A stretch of DNA of 64,000 nt from Magnetospirillaceae bacterium (GCA_036490215.1 DASXEH010000036.1:133208-197207); one strand, 5' to 3'; shown: positions 26,262 through 36,313, numbered from the stretch's first letter. Made by a program: numbers and translations. Notes: a model not told the origin generated them from the letters alone.

Positions 26262-26312
26262 GGATGCGGGGCCCTAGACTTTCGCCACACAGGACGTGCT
26301 CCTCGGCGACGC

Positions 26313-28913
26313 TCAGTAAATGCTCCCCGCCTGGGGCGCCACCTGGCTGGGTATGGCCGAGGGAATTGGCGCCGGCGGGTTGAATTGCTTCGTCACCGGA
26401 TTGGTGCCTGGCACGGGCGGCGGTGGGGCGTTGCCGCCGACCACTTCCGTCTCCTCAACACCGTCGCCGCCGGTCGTATCCGCATTGGCCGTCGGCGTCG
26501 TGATGGTGGCCGCCGTGTCGATTACCGTTTCTTCGCCACCGGTCGGGATGGTATTCGGCTTGAAGGCTTCGAGGATCGAGTTCTTATCGCTGGAGAGCGA
26601 TGGCCTGCCTGTAGTCGCGTCGACACGGACAAAGCGGATGCCGGGCGCGACACGGAACGGCGTCGGCGGCTTGTCCTTCAGTGCGTCCATCATGAAGTCG
26701 CGGAAGATCGGCGCGGCCACGGTGGCGCCCTGCTCCTGCTCGCCCTTGGGATAGTCGAAGCCGAGCGTTGTGTCGTCGTCGAAACCGACGAAGACGCCGA
26801 CAGCAAGGTCGGGCGAAAAACCGACGAACCAGGTGTCCTTGGACTCGTTCGAGGTGCCCGTCTTGCCGGCCAGCGGCTTGCCTACTTCGGCAACCACACG
26901 ACCGGTGCCGCGATCGACCACGCCCTCCAGCATATGGACCATCTGATAGGCGGTCATCGGATCGACCAATTGCGCGCGCTTGTCGGGAATGTTGGGCATT
27001 TCCTGATCGGTATAGAAGGTTGCGGCGCAGCCATCGCATTTCCGGTCGTCATGGCGATAGATGGTCTTGCCTTCGCGGTCCTGAATGCGATCGATCAGAG
27101 TCGGCGTGATCGCACGCCCGCCATTGACGATCTGCGCATAGGCCGCGGTCATGCGTAAAGGCGTTGTCGACATCGCGCCCAGCGCCATCGACAGCATGTG
27201 TGGCAGTTGGTCCACGACTCCGAAGCGTTCGGCGTAGCTGGCGACTTTATCCATACCCAAAGTCGCGGCCATGCGCACAGCCATCAGATTGCGCGATTTC
27301 TCGATGCCGACGCGCATCGTGGTCGGACCCAGGAAGCTCTTCTCGAAGTTCTCCGGGCGCCATTTGGGCAGCCCCGGTCCCTGGTCGATCTCGATCGGCG
27401 CATCGAGGATCAGCGACGACGGCGTGTAACCCGAATCGAGCGCCGCCATGTAGATGAACGACTTGAACGACGAGCCCGGCTGGCGCAGCGCCTGGGTCGC
27501 GCGATTGAACTGGCTGCGCGCGTAGGAGAAGCCGCCCTGCATCGCCAGCACACGGCCGGTATGCGGGTCCATCGCCACCAACGCACCTTCGACCTTCGGC
27601 ACCTGTCGCAAGCCGTAGGTGTCGGCGCCATAGCGCTCCTTGCCATCGTCGCTCTTGGCAACAGGCTCGACGAGAACCACGTCGCCCACCTGCAGCACAT
27701 CGGCCACTTTGGTCACGACCGGGCCGATGGATTGCTTCTCGGGATTGTTGGCGCGGGCCCACCGCAATTCGCTTAGCGGAATATGACCCTGGCGACCATC
27801 CTCGAGGCCGATCAGCGCCTGCGACTCGCTGGTCGAGATCACCACGGCCTGCTGCCACTCGCTGACATCGGAGGTGTTGGGCACCGCGCGCAGGCGGCGC
27901 ATCCATCCAACGCCGGCATCGATATGGGCAACCGGGCCGCGCCAGCCATGACGATGGTCATAGGCGATCAGACCATTACGCAACACGCGCGTTGCGATCT
28001 CTTGCAGCGTCGGGTCCATCGTCGAGCGCACGCTCAGGCCGCCCTTGTAGAGCGCGTCTTCGCCATATTCTGCAGCCACTTCGCGGCGGATGTCTTCGGA
28101 GAAATATTCGCCGCCGGCAACCAGCGCCGATTCGGGCCGCGAGTGGGTCACCAGCGGTTCGGACAGCGCTGCCTGGCCATCGGCCTGGGTCACGAACCCA
28201 TCGTCCATCATGCGATGGATCACATAGTCGCGGCGGTCTTTCGATGCCTGCGGATTGCGCTGCGGGTTATAGCTGTTCGGCGCCTTGGGCAAGCCGCCCA
28301 GGAACGCTGCCTCGGCCACCGACAATTCGTCGAGGCCCTTGTCGAAATAGTTGAGCGCGGCGGCAGCGATGCCGTAGGAACCCTGACCGAGATAAATCTC
28401 GTTCAGATAGAGTTCTAGGATGTGATCCTTCGAGAAGGCGCGCTCGATGCGGAAGGCCAGGATGGCTTCCTTGATCTTGCGTTCGAGCGAGACTTCATTG
28501 GTCAGCAGGAAGTTCTTCGCCACCTGCTGCGTGATGGTCGAGGCACCCACCGGGCGGCGGTCATTGCCCATCCCGCGATTGCGCAGATCGATGATCGCTG
28601 CGCGCACCATGCCCACCGGATCGACGCCGGGATGCGTATAGAAATTCTTGTCCTCGGCGGCCAGAAAGGCGTCGATCACGCGCTTCGGGATCGCGTTGAT
28701 CGGCACGAAGCTGCGCTTCTCGGTCGCATATTCGGCGACCAGACGTCCGTCGCCCGCATAGACGCGCGTGGTGATCGACGGCTCGTAATGCGCCAGCTGC
28801 CGGTAATCGGGCAGATCGCGGCCGTAGTGATAGAAAACGCCCAGGATGCCTGCCGCGCCGACGATGGCGAACAGGAACAGGACACTGAAAAGGATCGAAA
28901 AGAGTCTCAACAT
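26313..28913 (-). CDS. mrcA: penicillin-binding protein 1A (bifunctional transglycosylase/transpeptidase)
   Basis: 866 aa. N-terminal TM, GT51 motifs (AAEDKNFYTHPGVD, RKIKEA), and the transpeptidase motifs SxxK (GSSFKSF), SxN (KSRN) and KTG (GKTGTS). Confidence 0.93.
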   Translation of the reverse strand: MLRLFSILFSVLFLFAIVGAAGILGVFYHYGRDLPDYRQLAHYEPSITTRVYAGDGRLVAEYATEKRSFVPINAIPKRVIDAFLAAEDKNFYTHPGVDPVGMVRAAIIDLRNRGMGNDRRPVGASTITQQVAKNFLLTNEVSLERKIKEAILAFRIERAFSKDHILELYLNEIYLGQGSYGIAAAALNYFDKGLDELSVAEAAFLGGLPKAPNSYNPQRNPQASKDRRDYVIHRMMDDGFVTQADGQAALSEPLVTHSRPESALVAGGEYFSEDIRREVAAEYGEDALYKGGLSVRSTMDPTLQEIATRVLRNGLIAYDHRHGWRGPVAHIDAGVGWMRRLRAVPNTSDVSEWQQAVVISTSESQALIGLEDGRQGHIPLSELRWARANNPEKQSIGPVVTKVADVLQVGDVVLVEPVAKSDDGKERYGADTYGLRQVPKVEGALVAMDPHTGRVLAMQGGFSYARSQFNRATQALRQPGSSFKSFIYMAALDSGYTPSSLILDAPIEIDQGPGLPKWRPENFEKSFLGPTTMRVGIEKSRNLMAVRMAATLGMDKVASYAERFGVVDQLPHMLSMALGAMSTTPLRMTAAYAQIVNGGRAITPTLIDRIQDREGKTIYRHDDRKCDGCAATFYTDQEMPNIPDKRAQLVDPMTAYQMVHMLEGVVDRGTGRVVAEVGKPLAGKTGTSNESKDTWFVGFSPDLAVGVFVGFDDDTTLGFDYPKGEQEQGATVAAPIFRDFMMDALKDKPPTPFRVAPGIRFVRVDATTGRPSLSSDKNSILEAFKPNTIPTGGEETVIDTAATITTPTANADTTGGDGVEETEVVGGNAPPPPVPGTNPVTKQFNPPAPIPSAIPSQVAPQAGSIY

Positions 28914-28971
28914 CGGAGTCGGGGTATCCTACCCCTGAATCTGCGGCTATTCGATGGCAGTTGCGGCGAAA

Positions 28972-30345
28972 TCAGCCCCGTTTTTTCTCATGGCTTCCAG
29001 CGAAATAGCGCTCGATCGCCCGGGCCAAAGCGGCCGCCAATTTGACGCGGTATTCCGGCTTGCGCAAGAGTTGCTCGTCGTCGCGGTTGGTCAGGTAGCC
29101 AGACTCGACCAGAACGGAAGGAACGTCGGGCGCCTTCAACACGGCAAAGCCGGCGAAGCGGTGGGTATTCTCCAGCAGCGCCTTGGTGTCGTGTCGGACT
29201 TCATCGATAACGTCGCCCGCGAACGCCGCCGAGTTGTTCAAGGTCTCGCGCTGAACCAGATCGATCAGGATGCTGGTCACTTCGGCATTGGTGTTGGACA
29301 GGTTGAGGCCGGCGACAAGGTCGGACTTGTTTTCCTTATCGGCCAGCGCCTGCGCGGTGACGTCCGAAGCGTTCTTGGACAGCGTATAGACCGAGAGGCC
29401 ACGGATCGCCGGATCTGGGTCCGAATCCGCGTGCAGCGACATGAACAGATCGGCATGAGCCGCGCGCGCGATCGCCACCCGCTCCTGCAGCGGAATGAAG
29501 GTGTCGTCGGAACGGGTCATCAGGCATTTGACTTTGCCGTCCTTGTCCAGCCGCTCCTTCACCGCCAAAGCCAGCGGCAGGACGATGTCCTTTTCGAATT
29601 CGCCTGAGAGACCGATGGTGCCCGGATCGACGCCGCCATGGCCGGGGTCGAGCATCACGATCGGCTTGCCATGGGGCTTATAGGGTTCGGGCACGATCCC
29701 ATGCTGGTTGACCGCGGCCACTTCGACCGGCTTGGGGGCCGAGGATGGCGCGGGCGGCGGTGCCGGCACCTCGACCGACGCCAAAGTGAGCTGCGAAGGG
29801 CCGCCATGGCCGAGCATCGGATTGTCGTTGCCCGGAATCGGCGGCGGGGCGGGTTTGGCGATGGGCACGGGCGGCGCCGCGGCCGTAGCCATATTGGCTG
29901 CAGCCACCGTGGTTGCCGGCCCCAGGGTCGCACGATCGATATCGATCACCAGCCGATAAGCGCCCGTTGCATTAGGCGGGATCATGAACGCCTTCTGCAC
30001 CACCACGGCATCGTCGCTGGCGATGAAGATGCGGCCCGTATTGGTCTTGGCCACGCTGTAGCTGAAACCGCTGATCAGACCGATGGGGCGTAACAGGCCG
30101 GTGGCCTTTGAGCGCCAATCGAGGGCGGGCGTATCGATCGTCACGCCACCGGCAATGGTCGCTACCGTGTAAGAGACGTCTTCGGAGAGTTCGAGAACAA
30201 AACGCGTCGTACCGTCATCATGGACGGCAACACGGACGTCGAGGACCTCGGGTCCCTCGGACCGCGCAGCCTGGGCAGAGTAGGAGATGCCTAAGCCCCC
30301 CAGCAACGCCCCCAAAAGTAAAATAAAGGCTCTTATACGAACCAT
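28972..30345 (-). CDS. amiC: N-acetylmuramoyl-L-alanine amidase with an N-terminal AMIN domain
   Basis: 457 aa. Signal peptide ...GISYSAQA, an AMIN-like beta region, a Pro-rich linker, and an Amidase_3 domain (VMLDPGHGGVDPG ... SLHADS ... VLVESGYLTN). Confidence 0.88.
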   Translation of the reverse strand: MVRIRAFILLLGALLGGLGISYSAQAARSEGPEVLDVRVAVHDDGTTRFVLELSEDVSYTVATIAGGVTIDTPALDWRSKATGLLRPIGLISGFSYSVAKTNTGRIFIASDDAVVVQKAFMIPPNATGAYRLVIDIDRATLGPATTVAAANMATAAAPPVPIAKPAPPPIPGNDNPMLGHGGPSQLTLASVEVPAPPPAPSSAPKPVEVAAVNQHGIVPEPYKPHGKPIVMLDPGHGGVDPGTIGLSGEFEKDIVLPLALAVKERLDKDGKVKCLMTRSDDTFIPLQERVAIARAAHADLFMSLHADSDPDPAIRGLSVYTLSKNASDVTAQALADKENKSDLVAGLNLSNTNAEVTSILIDLVQRETLNNSAAFAGDVIDEVRHDTKALLENTHRFAGFAVLKAPDVPSVLVESGYLTNRDDEQLLRKPEYRVKLAAALARAIERYFAGSHEKKRG

Positions 30346-30799
30346 ATGCGCGCAAACTACCTGTCCGCCCTCATATACCGGAAATTCAACATCAAGTTCA
30401 ATGGAAAACCCTTTGATTCGGCATGATGTTGATATGACCTACCTGTTCTGCCCCAAGAAGATCATTGCAGGAACGGACACCCCCAGCTATGGTGTTCGTG
30501 CGGCCACATCCGGTCTGTCCGCTCCCCTTTGGAGCATCATAGACCGGAGCCGCGAGACGTTTCGCCCTCTCCCTCCAAAGGGTCCGGTTCGGGACGGTTT
30601 TCGCGGCGGGGGTCGCGTGTTGAAAGATTTCGAAGTCGGGCGTGCAGCCCGCCAGGACTCCCAGAAAAAATGCCTCACGCCAGTACACTGATCGCGAAGC
30701 ATCCGATGGGATTCGCAGGCGCCCCCGACTTCATCCCACAACCTGGCCGCGACGAGGCGCGTTACGCGCCGTCTGCGGCGATTCGGAGCTTTGCACTTA
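30346..30799 (+). promoter_or_regulatory. amiC/rne divergent control region containing the long rne 5' leader
   Basis: About 450 bp non-coding stretch ahead of rne. Long structured rne leaders that mediate autoregulation are established in other Proteobacteria. No specific structure was verified here. Confidence 0.35.
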
Positions 30800-33757
30800 A
30801 TGGTCAAACGTATGTTGATCGACGCGACGCACGCGGAAGAAACGCGCGTCGTCGTCTTGAATGGGTCGCGTCTCGAAGAATTTGACGTCGAAACATCGAC
30901 CAAGAAACAACTTAAGGGAAACATCTATCTCGCCAAGATCGTGCGCGTGGAGCCTTCGCTCCAGGCGGCTTTCGTGGATTACGGCGGCGGACGCCACGGC
31001 TTCCTCGCCTTTAACGAGATCCATCCCGATTACTACCAGATCCCGGTCGCCGATCGCCAGGCGCTGATCGCCGAACATCGTGCGCAGATGCGTTCGAGCG
31101 GCGCCGCCGCTTCGGCTGATTTCGACGATTCGGATGGCGAGGATCATGGCTCGCCCGCCCCTGCGGCTGCCGCGGAAGGCGAAGTCGCCAGCAGCGAACA
31201 GCCGCTGGCCGAAGGCGCCGAGACACCTACCGAGGGTGCCGGGTCAGAAGGCGCCGATGCTGCCGCCCATGCTGAAGGCGAAGAGTCCGACGAAGCGCAT
31301 CACGATCACGAGGCCTCGGACGACTCTGCCGAGGCCGGCGAACACGCCCATGATGGCGAAGCTCATGATCATGAGCATGACCACGATCATGGCGAAGACG
31401 CACATGAAGACGATCATGCCGAGCCGGTAGAAGCCGCCGGGGGCAGCGAGCCCACCGAAGCCGGTGATGCGCATGGCGACCACAGCGACGGCGTGCCTCA
31501 CACTGTTGCCGCGGCCGCGACGGTCGTTCAGATCGCAGCACCTATCGAGACCGTCGATCTCGGTGGCGGCGACGATGTGGAAGAAGTCGAAGAGGTCGTG
31601 CAGCAGCGCCGCCGCCCTCTGCGCCACTACAAGATTCAAGAAGTCATCAAGCGCCGGCAGATCGTTCTGGTGCAGGTGGTGAAGGAAGAGCGCGGCACCA
31701 AGGGCGCGGCGCTGACCACCTTCCTGTCGCTGGCCGGCCGCTATTGCGTGCTGATGCCCAACACCGCGCGTGGCGGCGGTGTGTCGCGCAAGATCACCAA
31801 CGCGACCGATCGCAAGCGCCTCAAGGGCATCGTCAACGAACTCGAGATTCCTGACGGCATGGCGGTGATCATCCGCACCGCCGGTTCGGAACGCACCAAG
31901 CCCGAGATCAAGCGCGATTACGAATATCTGCTGCGCCTGTGGGACAGCGTGCGCGAGTTGACGCTGCAGTCGACGGCGCCGGCGCTGGTCTATGAAGAAG
32001 CCAATCTGATCAAACGCTCGATCCGCGACCTCTATGCGCGCGACATCGATGAAATCCTGGTCGAAGGCGACGAAGGCTATCGCCTGGCCAAGGACTTCAT
32101 GCGCATGCTGACGCCGAGTCACGCCAAGAAGGTGCAGCTCTACAAGGATCCGGCGATCCCGATGCTTCACCGCTTCCAGGTGGAGCAGCAGCTCGACGCG
32201 ATGCACAGCCCGACCGTGCAGTTGAAGTCGGGCGGCTACATCGTCATCAACCAGACCGAAGCGCTGGTGGCGATCGACGTCAACTCGGGCCGTGCCACGC
32301 GCGAACGCCATATCGAAGAGACCGCCTACAAGACGAACCTCGAAGCCGCCGACGAGATCGCGCGCCAGCTGCGCCTGCGCGACTTGGCCGGGTTGATCGT
32401 GATCGACTTCATCGACATGGAGGAGTCGCGCAACAATCACGCGGTCGAACGGCGGATCAAGGACGCGATGCGGCTTGACCGCGCGCGCATCCAGCTGGGC
32501 CGCATCAGCCCGTTTGGTCTGCTCGAACTGTCGCGCCAGCGCCTACGTCCCAGCTTGATGGAAAGCAGCTTCCAGCTTTGCTCCCATTGCGGTGGCACCG
32601 GCAGCGTGCGCTCGGTCGAATCGTCGGCCGTCCATATCCTGCGCGTGATCGAAGAAGAAGGCATTCGTCGGCGCGGCGGCGAAATCCGCGTCACGGTACA
32701 TACGGATATTGCGCTCTATCTGCTCAACCAGAAGCGTGCAGCCCTGCTCGACTTCGAATCGCGCTATCTGCTGCGCGTCCTGGTTGCTGGCGACGGCACC
32801 TTGATTCCGCCGACCCATCGTCTCGAACGGCTGCGCAACGAGATCCCGCCGGATCTTCTCGCGCGTCCGGCGCCGGTGCATATGGAAAGCGGCCTCGTCG
32901 ACCAACCCGTCGAAGAGGAGATCGTCGAGGACGAGGCGATCGAAGAGACCGAGGAGACCGAGGGCGAGGAGATCACCGCTTCGGAAGGTTCCGAAGAAGG
33001 CCGCGCCGCATCCGATGACCGTCCCCATGACGGCCCCCGTGACAGTGATCGCAACGATGATGGTGATGCCAGCGGCCGCCGCCGTCGTCGTCGCCGTCGT
33101 CGCGGACGGCGCGATGGACGGGACGGACATGAAGGCGGCGAGCATCGCACGCAGCTCGACAACGCCATTCAAGGCGCTGAGATCGCCGCCGGCCCAGAGA
33201 TGGATGGTGCCGAAGACGGTAGCGCCGAAGCGCCGATGTCGGATGAGGGCGCGCCGCAGGCCGAAGGCAATGGCACCGGTGAAAACGGTGAGCACGGCCC
33301 ACGCCGCCGTCGCCGCGGTAAGCGTGGCGGACGCCGCCGCAATCGCGTCCGGGAGGGAGAGGCACAGCAGCCGCAACTCCGTGGTCCCGGGCACGATCTC
33401 GCGCCTGATCATCCTTTCGCCGTGGCGGATATCGATCACGACGATGACTCTTTCGGCCCCGGCGAGGCCGGCGAAGCGGACGGCGATGAGCCCGACGCGT
33501 CTCATGACATACCCGCGCAGGACCATGACCGCAGTCATGATGACGCGGAAGCCGACCGTCAGCCCGAACGCAGCACGCGCTCCGAACGGGCCGAACCGGA
33601 GACACATACGGCCGAAGCCAAACCGGCGCCTGCCGAACCGCCAGCCCCTGCTCCAGTTCCGGCCCCTAAAGCCGCTGAGCCTGCTCGGGCTCCGGAACCG
33701 GCGCCTGAGCAACCCGCTTCCCCGCCGCGCCGCGGTTGGTGGAATCGTGTGATTTAA
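30800..33757 (+). CDS. rne: ribonuclease E
   Basis: MVKRMLIDATHAEETRVVVL..., S1 domain, catalytic core (VAIDVNSGRATRERHIEETAYKTNLEAADEIARQLRLRDLAGLIVIDFIDM), Zn-link CSHCGGTG, and a long Arg/Asp/Glu/Pro-rich disordered C-terminus. The ATG at 30800 is preferred over the track's TTG at 30791. Confidence 0.95.
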   Translation: MVKRMLIDATHAEETRVVVLNGSRLEEFDVETSTKKQLKGNIYLAKIVRVEPSLQAAFVDYGGGRHGFLAFNEIHPDYYQIPVADRQALIAEHRAQMRSSGAAASADFDDSDGEDHGSPAPAAAAEGEVASSEQPLAEGAETPTEGAGSEGADAAAHAEGEESDEAHHDHEASDDSAEAGEHAHDGEAHDHEHDHDHGEDAHEDDHAEPVEAAGGSEPTEAGDAHGDHSDGVPHTVAAAATVVQIAAPIETVDLGGGDDVEEVEEVVQQRRRPLRHYKIQEVIKRRQIVLVQVVKEERGTKGAALTTFLSLAGRYCVLMPNTARGGGVSRKITNATDRKRLKGIVNELEIPDGMAVIIRTAGSERTKPEIKRDYEYLLRLWDSVRELTLQSTAPALVYEEANLIKRSIRDLYARDIDEILVEGDEGYRLAKDFMRMLTPSHAKKVQLYKDPAIPMLHRFQVEQQLDAMHSPTVQLKSGGYIVINQTEALVAIDVNSGRATRERHIEETAYKTNLEAADEIARQLRLRDLAGLIVIDFIDMEESRNNHAVERRIKDAMRLDRARIQLGRISPFGLLELSRQRLRPSLMESSFQLCSHCGGTGSVRSVESSAVHILRVIEEEGIRRRGGEIRVTVHTDIALYLLNQKRAALLDFESRYLLRVLVAGDGTLIPPTHRLERLRNEIPPDLLARPAPVHMESGLVDQPVEEEIVEDEAIEETEETEGEEITASEGSEEGRAASDDRPHDGPRDSDRNDDGDASGRRRRRRRRRGRRDGRDGHEGGEHRTQLDNAIQGAEIAAGPEMDGAEDGSAEAPMSDEGAPQAEGNGTGENGEHGPRRRRRGKRGGRRRNRVREGEAQQPQLRGPGHDLAPDHPFAVADIDHDDDSFGPGEAGEADGDEPDASHDIPAQDHDRSHDDAEADRQPERSTRSERAEPETHTAEAKPAPAEPPAPAPVPAPKAAEPARAPEPAPEQPASPPRRGWWNRVI

Positions 33758-33868
33758 CAGCGAATCCCTAAGAATGACGGGCGCGGAGATTGACTCCGCC
33801 GCCCGACATTCTATGATCCGCCCCGTTCCAGCCCCTTTGTTGCGCGTCGCGCCCGGACTCTCCGTTTA

Positions 33869-35392
33869 ATGGCATTTGCTGATCTTGGTTTAGGCCCCGC
33901 AATCCTCAAAGCCGTTGAGGAATCGGGTTATGTCGCGCCCACGCCTATCCAGGAGCAGGCCATCCCCATCGTGTTGATGGGTCGCGATGTCCTTGGCGTC
34001 GCTCAGACCGGCACGGGCAAGACCGCATCTTTCGTTCTGCCGATGCTTGAAGTTCTGGCCGCTGGCCGCGCCAAGGCGCGCATGCCGCGCTCGCTGATCC
34101 TGGAGCCCACGCGCGAACTGGCCGCCCAGGTGGCCGAGAATTTCGAGAAATACGGCAAGTATCACAAGCTGACGATGGCTCTGCTGATCGGCGGCGAGTC
34201 GTTCGGCGACCAGGAAAAAGCGCTCGATCGCGGCGTCGACGTGCTGATCGCGACGCCGGGCCGTTTGATGGATCTCTTCGAACGTGGCCGCATTCTGCTG
34301 AGCGACTGCAAGACGCTGGTGATCGACGAAGCCGATCGTATGCTCGATATGGGCTTCATCCCCGATGTCGAGAAGATTGTCAGCCTGCTGCCGCGCATTC
34401 GCCAGACCCTCTTCTTCTCGGCGACGATGCCGCCGGAAATCCGGCGCCTGGCCGATGCCTTCCTGATCAATCCGAAGCAGATTTCAGTTTCGGCGCCCGC
34501 CTCGGTCTCGACTTCGGTCAAGGACTTCGTCGTGACGTGCAGCCCGATCGACAAGCGCGAAGTGCTGCGCCATCTACTGCGCACTGAAGATGTGAAGAAT
34601 GCGCTGATCTTCTGCAACCGTAAGCGCGATGTGGACATTCTCTACAAGTCGCTCACCAAGCATGGCTTCGATGCCGTCCAACTCCATGGCGACATGGCGC
34701 AATCGGCCCGCACCGAGACGCTTGAGCGCTTCAAGGCCAACCAAGTCCGGCTGATGGTCTGCTCCGACGTCGCCGCGCGCGGCATCGATATCAGCGGCCT
34801 GTCGCATGTCTTCAATTTCGACGTGCCCAATCATCCCGACTCCTATGTCCATCGTATCGGCCGCACCGGCCGCGCCGGCAATGAAGGCCGCGCGTTCACG
34901 ATCGCAACACGGGAAGACGGCAAGTTCCTGAGCCAGATTATCAAGCTGATCGGCCGCGAAATTCCGCGTATGACGCTTGAAGGCATTCCGGAAGAGCGCT
35001 CGCCCGCGGAAGAAGCCGAACGCGCCGAGCGCAAGCCGTCGCGCGAACGCGGTGGCCGCAGCCGCCGGGGTGGACGTCGCGAAGAGCGTACGCCGCGCAT
35101 CGATCATGCCGGCGCGGAAACCGCCGCGGTGCTCGATGTGTTGCCCGATGTCGTTCCCGCCGAAACGCCCGCACCCGCGCCCGAGCCTGTTGTGCAAGCC
35201 GAAGCTCCTGTCCGCGCGCCGCGCGGGGAACGCCGCGATGGGCGGCAGCAAGAGCCGCGCCGCGACCGTCAGGATCGTGATCGGCATGATCGCGAAGAAC
35301 GTTCCAACGTGATCGGTTTCGGCGACAACCTGCCCGACTTCATGGCGCGCTCGTCGAGCGAGTCGCTGTCGCAGCGCCGCCGCACCGGCTGA
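33869..35392 (+). CDS. rhlE: DEAD-box ATP-dependent RNA helicase (RhlE-like)
   Basis: Q motif (PTPIQEQAIP), Walker A AQTGTGKTA, DEAD (VIDEADRM), SAT (FSATMP), HRIGRTGRAG, and an Arg/Glu-rich tail. Confidence 0.9.
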   Translation: MAFADLGLGPAILKAVEESGYVAPTPIQEQAIPIVLMGRDVLGVAQTGTGKTASFVLPMLEVLAAGRAKARMPRSLILEPTRELAAQVAENFEKYGKYHKLTMALLIGGESFGDQEKALDRGVDVLIATPGRLMDLFERGRILLSDCKTLVIDEADRMLDMGFIPDVEKIVSLLPRIRQTLFFSATMPPEIRRLADAFLINPKQISVSAPASVSTSVKDFVVTCSPIDKREVLRHLLRTEDVKNALIFCNRKRDVDILYKSLTKHGFDAVQLHGDMAQSARTETLERFKANQVRLMVCSDVAARGIDISGLSHVFNFDVPNHPDSYVHRIGRTGRAGNEGRAFTIATREDGKFLSQIIKLIGREIPRMTLEGIPEERSPAEEAERAERKPSRERGGRSRRGGRREERTPRIDHAGAETAAVLDVLPDVVPAETPAPAPEPVVQAEAPVRAPRGERRDGRQQEPRRDRQDRDRHDREERSNVIGFGDNLPDFMARSSSESLSQRRRTG

Positions 35393-35401
35393 GCCGCTCC
35401 G

Positions 35402-35641
35402 ATGCAGACGATCTTCGTGATGATCAAGACGGAACTGGGCCAAGCCTACAAAGTGGCCGAGACCGCCGTGGACATCGAAGGCGTATCTGAAGTCCACTCC
35501 ACTTCGGGGCAATACGACCTAATGGTGAAGTGCTATCTGGAACCGTCAACGGATATCGGCCATTTCGTGACCGAGACAATCCAGAAGATCGCCGGCGTGA
35601 AGGACACCTTCACCCTGATCGCCTTCAAGGCCTTCACCTAA
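35402..35641 (+). CDS. Lrp/AsnC ligand-binding (RAM) domain-only protein
   Basis: 79 aa. VFVMIKTELGQAYKVAETAVDIEGVSEVHSTSGQYDLMVK pattern typical of AsnC_trans_reg domains. Starts 10 nt after the helicase stop. Confidence 0.75.
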   Translation: MQTIFVMIKTELGQAYKVAETAVDIEGVSEVHSTSGQYDLMVKCYLEPSTDIGHFVTETIQKIAGVKDTFTLIAFKAFT

Positions 35642-35755
35642 TTCTTCACTGACTCCTTTGTGGACTCTGGCTGTCTTGCCAGCTTGCGGTATCGCTCTTT
35701 AGGATGCGCGACCGCTTTCGGCATTTGCGACACGACCAATCACCGGAGGAAATGA

Positions 35756-36073
35756 ATGATCGTCGATCTGCGCACCTACACCATGGTCCCTGGCCGTCTT
35801 GGCGCCTTCCTGGAGATGTATGAGAAGGAAGGGCTGCCGATTCAGATCAAGCATCTCGGCAAGCCGATCGGCTATTTCACTACCGAGATCGGGCCCCTGA
35901 ACCAAGTCGTGCATATCTGGGGCTATCAGAGCCAGGCCGATCGCGAGACGCGCCGCGCGGCGATGGAAGCCGATCCGGCTTGGATTGCCTATCGCAAGAA
36001 AAGCGCCGACGCCGGCAACATCGAGCACCAGGAAAACAAGCTCCTGAAGTCGACGGCATTCTCGCCGCTGTAA
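35756..36073 (+). CDS. NIPSNAP family protein
   Basis: 105 aa. MIVDLRTYTMVPGRLGAFLEMYEKEGLPIQIKHLG...VVHIWGYQSQADRE is typical of NIPSNAP alpha+beta barrel proteins. Confidence 0.8.
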   Translation: MIVDLRTYTMVPGRLGAFLEMYEKEGLPIQIKHLGKPIGYFTTEIGPLNQVVHIWGYQSQADRETRRAAMEADPAWIAYRKKSADAGNIEHQENKLLKSTAFSPL

Positions 36074-36117
36074 AGGAGGCCGCGGCAACGCACGCGGCGC
36101 TCAAAGTCTAAACAACC

Positions 36118-36293
36118 GTCATGCCCGGCCTTGTGCCGGGCATCCGCGACTTCCTTCTTTTTTAAGGAAAGACCCGCCGCGAAACCGCGAAGAGCACGAA
36201 GAAGAATTCACTTCGTGTCTTTCTCTTCACCTCCGTGCCTTGGTGGTGAATCGTCCAAAGACGTGGCTATCCGGCACACGGCCGGGCATGACG
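36118..36293. repeat. MITE-like element with about 27-bp imperfect terminal inverted repeats (family C)
   Basis: Left end GTCATGCCCGGCCTTGTGCCGGGCATCC. Right end GGCTATCCGGCACACGGCCGGGCATGAC. Non-coding interior of about 120 bp. Confidence 0.8.
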
Positions 36294-36313
36294 TCCAAAA
36301 TAAAGCGCGGTTT

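Noticed and set aside
25602-27158. 518-aa + strand ORF.
   Set aside because: It is antisense to the UDG-family gene and PBP1A, and it is not homologous to anything I recognise.
31244-33712. Two long minus-strand ORFs (31244-32440 and 32543-33712).
   Set aside because: They are antisense to rne. The repetitive Arg/Gly-rich translation mirrors the acidic, Arg-rich rne coding sequence.
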